Assembly (NCBI GenBank): GCA_008632985.1
Contig: QPGO01000014.1
Coordinates: forward strand, 820,289-844,461
Origin: Psammoneis japonica
Lineage: Eukaryota
DNA: 24,173 nt
Reading direction: 5' to 3'
The notes below the pieces were generated by a model. The model made no database searches. It saw only the letters and a list, made by a program, of their open reading frames with translations, and was not told where the DNA came from. The translations under genes and the position numbers were made by a program. Shown piece by piece: positions 21,468 through 24,173 of this stretch (positions are counted from its first letter, which is position 1; the number at the start of each line of letters is the position of its first letter).

Positions 21468-22478
21468 TCAACGGATCTTTTGGCATGTCTTTGAAAGAGT
21501 TGAAATCGTTGATGTTGGGTGCCCCCCTTGTTGCATCAACGTCTTCATTTCCATCCATGCGTTTTTTGTGCTAGAGAGCGCACAAAAGAGCAGTTGGCAA
21601 TGTGATTGGCATGCAAAACAGAAGGTTGATGAGTGAATGAGATTGGCGTGACAGTGCAAACAAAATCTGGAGAATTCAGGATGGATTGAAGAATGAAAAG
21701 GACCAAAGCATTGAGAAGCATTCATGCTGGTCAATTCAATGCAGCCATTTGCCAGGTGAGTTTGTGTGAAAAAATGACAACTCCTCTCCAGTGTGCTCAG
21801 AATGCAGACATGAGGAGAAGATGATTTTGTGTTCTCTCTTCCCAAACAAGAAGTCATGGTGCCATCCAAGATTCCATCTGGCAGACCTTGTCTTTTGTTC
21901 ACACTGCCCCAGGAGACCCATGCTCCATTGTTGACACTGCCCGCGCCTGCAATTAGACACATGCAGAGTCATTCAGCTTGACCACCATGTGCGCCAATTC
22001 CAGTTTGCGTGGATCTTTTGCTGCTTTGAAAAATCAAGAATTGCATCTCTCTTCCCAACAAGGGCTTGGGTGCAGCAAAGTGATTCAAAGCAGCGTCAGA
22101 AGCATGGCATGACTCGATGAGCTCGTCCCAATGGGCCTTCTTGGTGCACTCTTGAAATTTCTGGATCTTTTCCCGTGTCCTTTGTTCAGCAGATGACGTT
22201 GTGTTTTCTTTTTCAGTTTCTCTCTCTTCTCAAGTGTCCGAAGGATTTGTTAAAGTTGGAGGCACTTTTTCAAGAATGGACTGTGTCTCCCTCACATTCT
22301 TTCCCAGTTCCCATGCATGATTGATGCTGCACGCTGTCACATTTTGGCTGCACTGTGCTTTGTTCAAACAGCAAAGAGCAAAAGCCACAAAATTGCCAAC
22401 TTGACTGCAATCCTGATTGCAGCTCGATTGCGAACCGCAATCAAAACAATTGCAATCTGCTGATTGTTTGTCTGGCAC
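21468..22478 (-). pseudogene. Second degenerate reading frame of unknown product with in-frame TGA stops
   Basis: ORFs 22230..22478 and 21468..21962 are in the same frame. The gap reads SDT*EERETEKENTTSSAEQRTREKIQKFQECTKKAHWDELIES...GGQAE*LCMCLIAG, which is protein-like with TGA plausibly from CGA. Long open frames are cheap here because TAA/TAG are nearly absent. Confidence 0.4.
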
Positions 22479-22733
22479 TGGTCACAAAGATCACAATCGT
22501 GTTCACAATCAATTGCAATTGATTCGTGTCTAAAATTTTGTTGTGAATCAGGATTTTTGGCAAAAACGGGACCAAAAATCAACCGAAACGTGGTGTTCAT
22601 TCACCAGAAATGCGTTCTTGCATTTGTCAAGTTGTTTTCTCACCATTTGTTGCTGCCATGCCAATGGATCTGATGCTTGGTGCTGAGGTTAGAAAAGTGG
22701 CAGAGAAGTGTCAACACCCATTGGCACAGTGCC

Positions 22734-22932
22734 AATGCTGGGGTTGTCAAAGTCACAGAGTGTGTGGAGTGTGGAGCCCTCAAGAAGAGAGTCAGAGCTG
22801 GAAAATGTGGTGGCTGTTGTGGTTGTTTTGCTCAACAATGCTGGGATTGTCAAAGTCACAGAGTGCATGGGGCCTTTGTGAAGAGAGTCAAAGCTGGAAA
22901 ATGTGATGGCTGTTGCAGCTGTTTTGCTCAAC
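22734..22932 (+). repeat. Tandem duplication (~103 + 96 bp) within the hypermutated block
   Basis: aatgctggg(g/a)ttgtcaaagtcacagagtg...aagagagtca(g/a)agctggaaaatgtg(g/a)tggctgttg..g.tgttttgctcaac at 22734-22836 and 22837-22932. Confidence 0.9.
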
Positions 22933-24173
22933 ATCAAGCATGACATGGAAAAAGCAGCGCATCATCAGGAGCAGCACTTGAAAATGGCAACTTCATTCAG
23001 CCAGGGATGTTGGTCAATGCAAAGTGTCAGAAGTTGGCATCTGCTGCTCCTTGTGATCACCTGCTCCATTTTGTGGGTTTGGCTCATGCAGGTGCACTTC
23101 AAACACAGGAAGGTGAGCCCAAGCAGAAAGCCATGGTCTCATGACATTGGTCTGCGGTGTCAGAGTTGGGCCCACATTTTTAACCCCAAAGCTGCTGAAT
23201 GCAAACAAACCCAAAGTTGGAACAAGCATGTCAACATTGGAGCCAACCACAAGTTGATGCCAGCAAATTTGGGTTTTGGTCCAGGACACGGAGCCTTGCC
23301 CTCATTTTCACAATTTCATGAAGACTTCTCTGACAAAGTCTTTTTGCATGCATGGCCAATCCATCAACATGGGCAACAGGTTCAAAGTTGATGCAGAAAA
23401 AGTTTGTTGTGTTGTGTTGTGTTGCAACAGGTCCAAAGTTGGAAGCAAAGCTGTGAGCTGCAAAAGCGAGCACACAAAATGAAGGCTTGTTTTTCACCTG
23501 CGTTCCAATTTTTTGCTGCAGAGGTGAGCAATGTTCCCAAATGTCTTTGCACTGGGAGCTTTGTCAACATGGAAATGCTGTCATCTTGAACAGCCAAGCA
23601 CTTCTTCACAGATTCCAACAGGTCTGCAGTTCGCAGCTGTTGCAAGACATTGCTTGTTGGCTGAAGGTCTGAAATCCAAGGCAGTGTCTGGAGCCTTGTG
23701 CTGCACATCAGCGGTGGTTTTGGGCTGTTGTCAGTTGGTGCAGCCAAAGGAGGCAAAACACAGGATGTCTCTTTTGTGGAAGCAGCCAGGCAGAAGCCAC
23801 CAAGGAAGAAAACAGTCACTCACCCTCTTGAGGCAACAAGGTTTTTTTCAAAAAGCGAGACAGATCTTGCTTCTGCCACTCTCAAAGTTGTGTCTGAAGC
23901 CCCTGCTGTGAGAACCCAGCCAAGCAAGACAGCTGGAAAAGCCACTTTGGAAAACAACAACAACCAAGCTGGTGCTGCATGAAAAAAACTCTTGGAATGG
24001 AGTGCTTTGTTTTGGCAAGGGGGGGGGGGGCATTCTTTTCTCGTCATTGTTCATGCTGACTTGCCCAAACTGCATGTTTTCCAGCGGCTGCACTTTTTTT
24101 AAATTTTCACTTGTCAAACAACTTGCTTGATGCTGTGCAAAACAAGTGTGCCACCCAGGGCTGGCCAAAGTTG

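Larger units (their letters stand above)
19501..24173. other. Large TpA/CpG-depleted hypermutated block running off the end of the window
   Basis: Manual count gives 13 TpA in ~4.67 kb: 11 YTAR, 2 GTAR, and no TAT/TAC on the + strand. CpG is also sparse and TG/CA is very abundant. Confidence 0.92.

Noticed and set aside
22610..24168. Cys-rich short ORFs (e.g. CGGCCGC) resembling metallothioneins or toxins
   Set aside because: Same compositional artefact. They overlap on both strands with no coherent gene structure.
19501..24173. Classical fungal RIP or plain CpG methylation decay as the full explanation
   Set aside because: RIP raises TpA and AT content, and CpG decay leaves TpA untouched. 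Here TpA is the most depleted dinucleotide.

Overview
Eukaryotic genomic window, most likely from a (pennate) diatom. This is inferred from a PSxx-repeat cell-surface protein, a bestrophin-like gene with a signal peptide + Phe plastid-targeting presequence, a helicase-associated (HA) domain protein and an HxGPxKTGTT sulfotransferase-like protein. Four protein-coding genes are present. Three are broken by indels in short homopolymers, probably uncorrected long-read errors. Between them lie a young non-autonomous DNA transposon (34-bp perfect TIRs, 8-bp TSD) and a probable second TIR element with a TA TSD. The most striking signal is two sharply bounded blocks (~11.07-12.54 kb and ~19.50 kb to the end) that have lost almost all TpA dinucleotides, are also CpG-poor, and are flooded with TpG/CpA. 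A MYND-finger pseudogene inside has no tyrosines, and a Cys sits where the conserved Tyr should be. This points to a regional TpA->TpG/CpA (A:T->G:C) hypermutation process, a 'reverse-RIP'-like genome-defence signature, acting alongside CpG decay.
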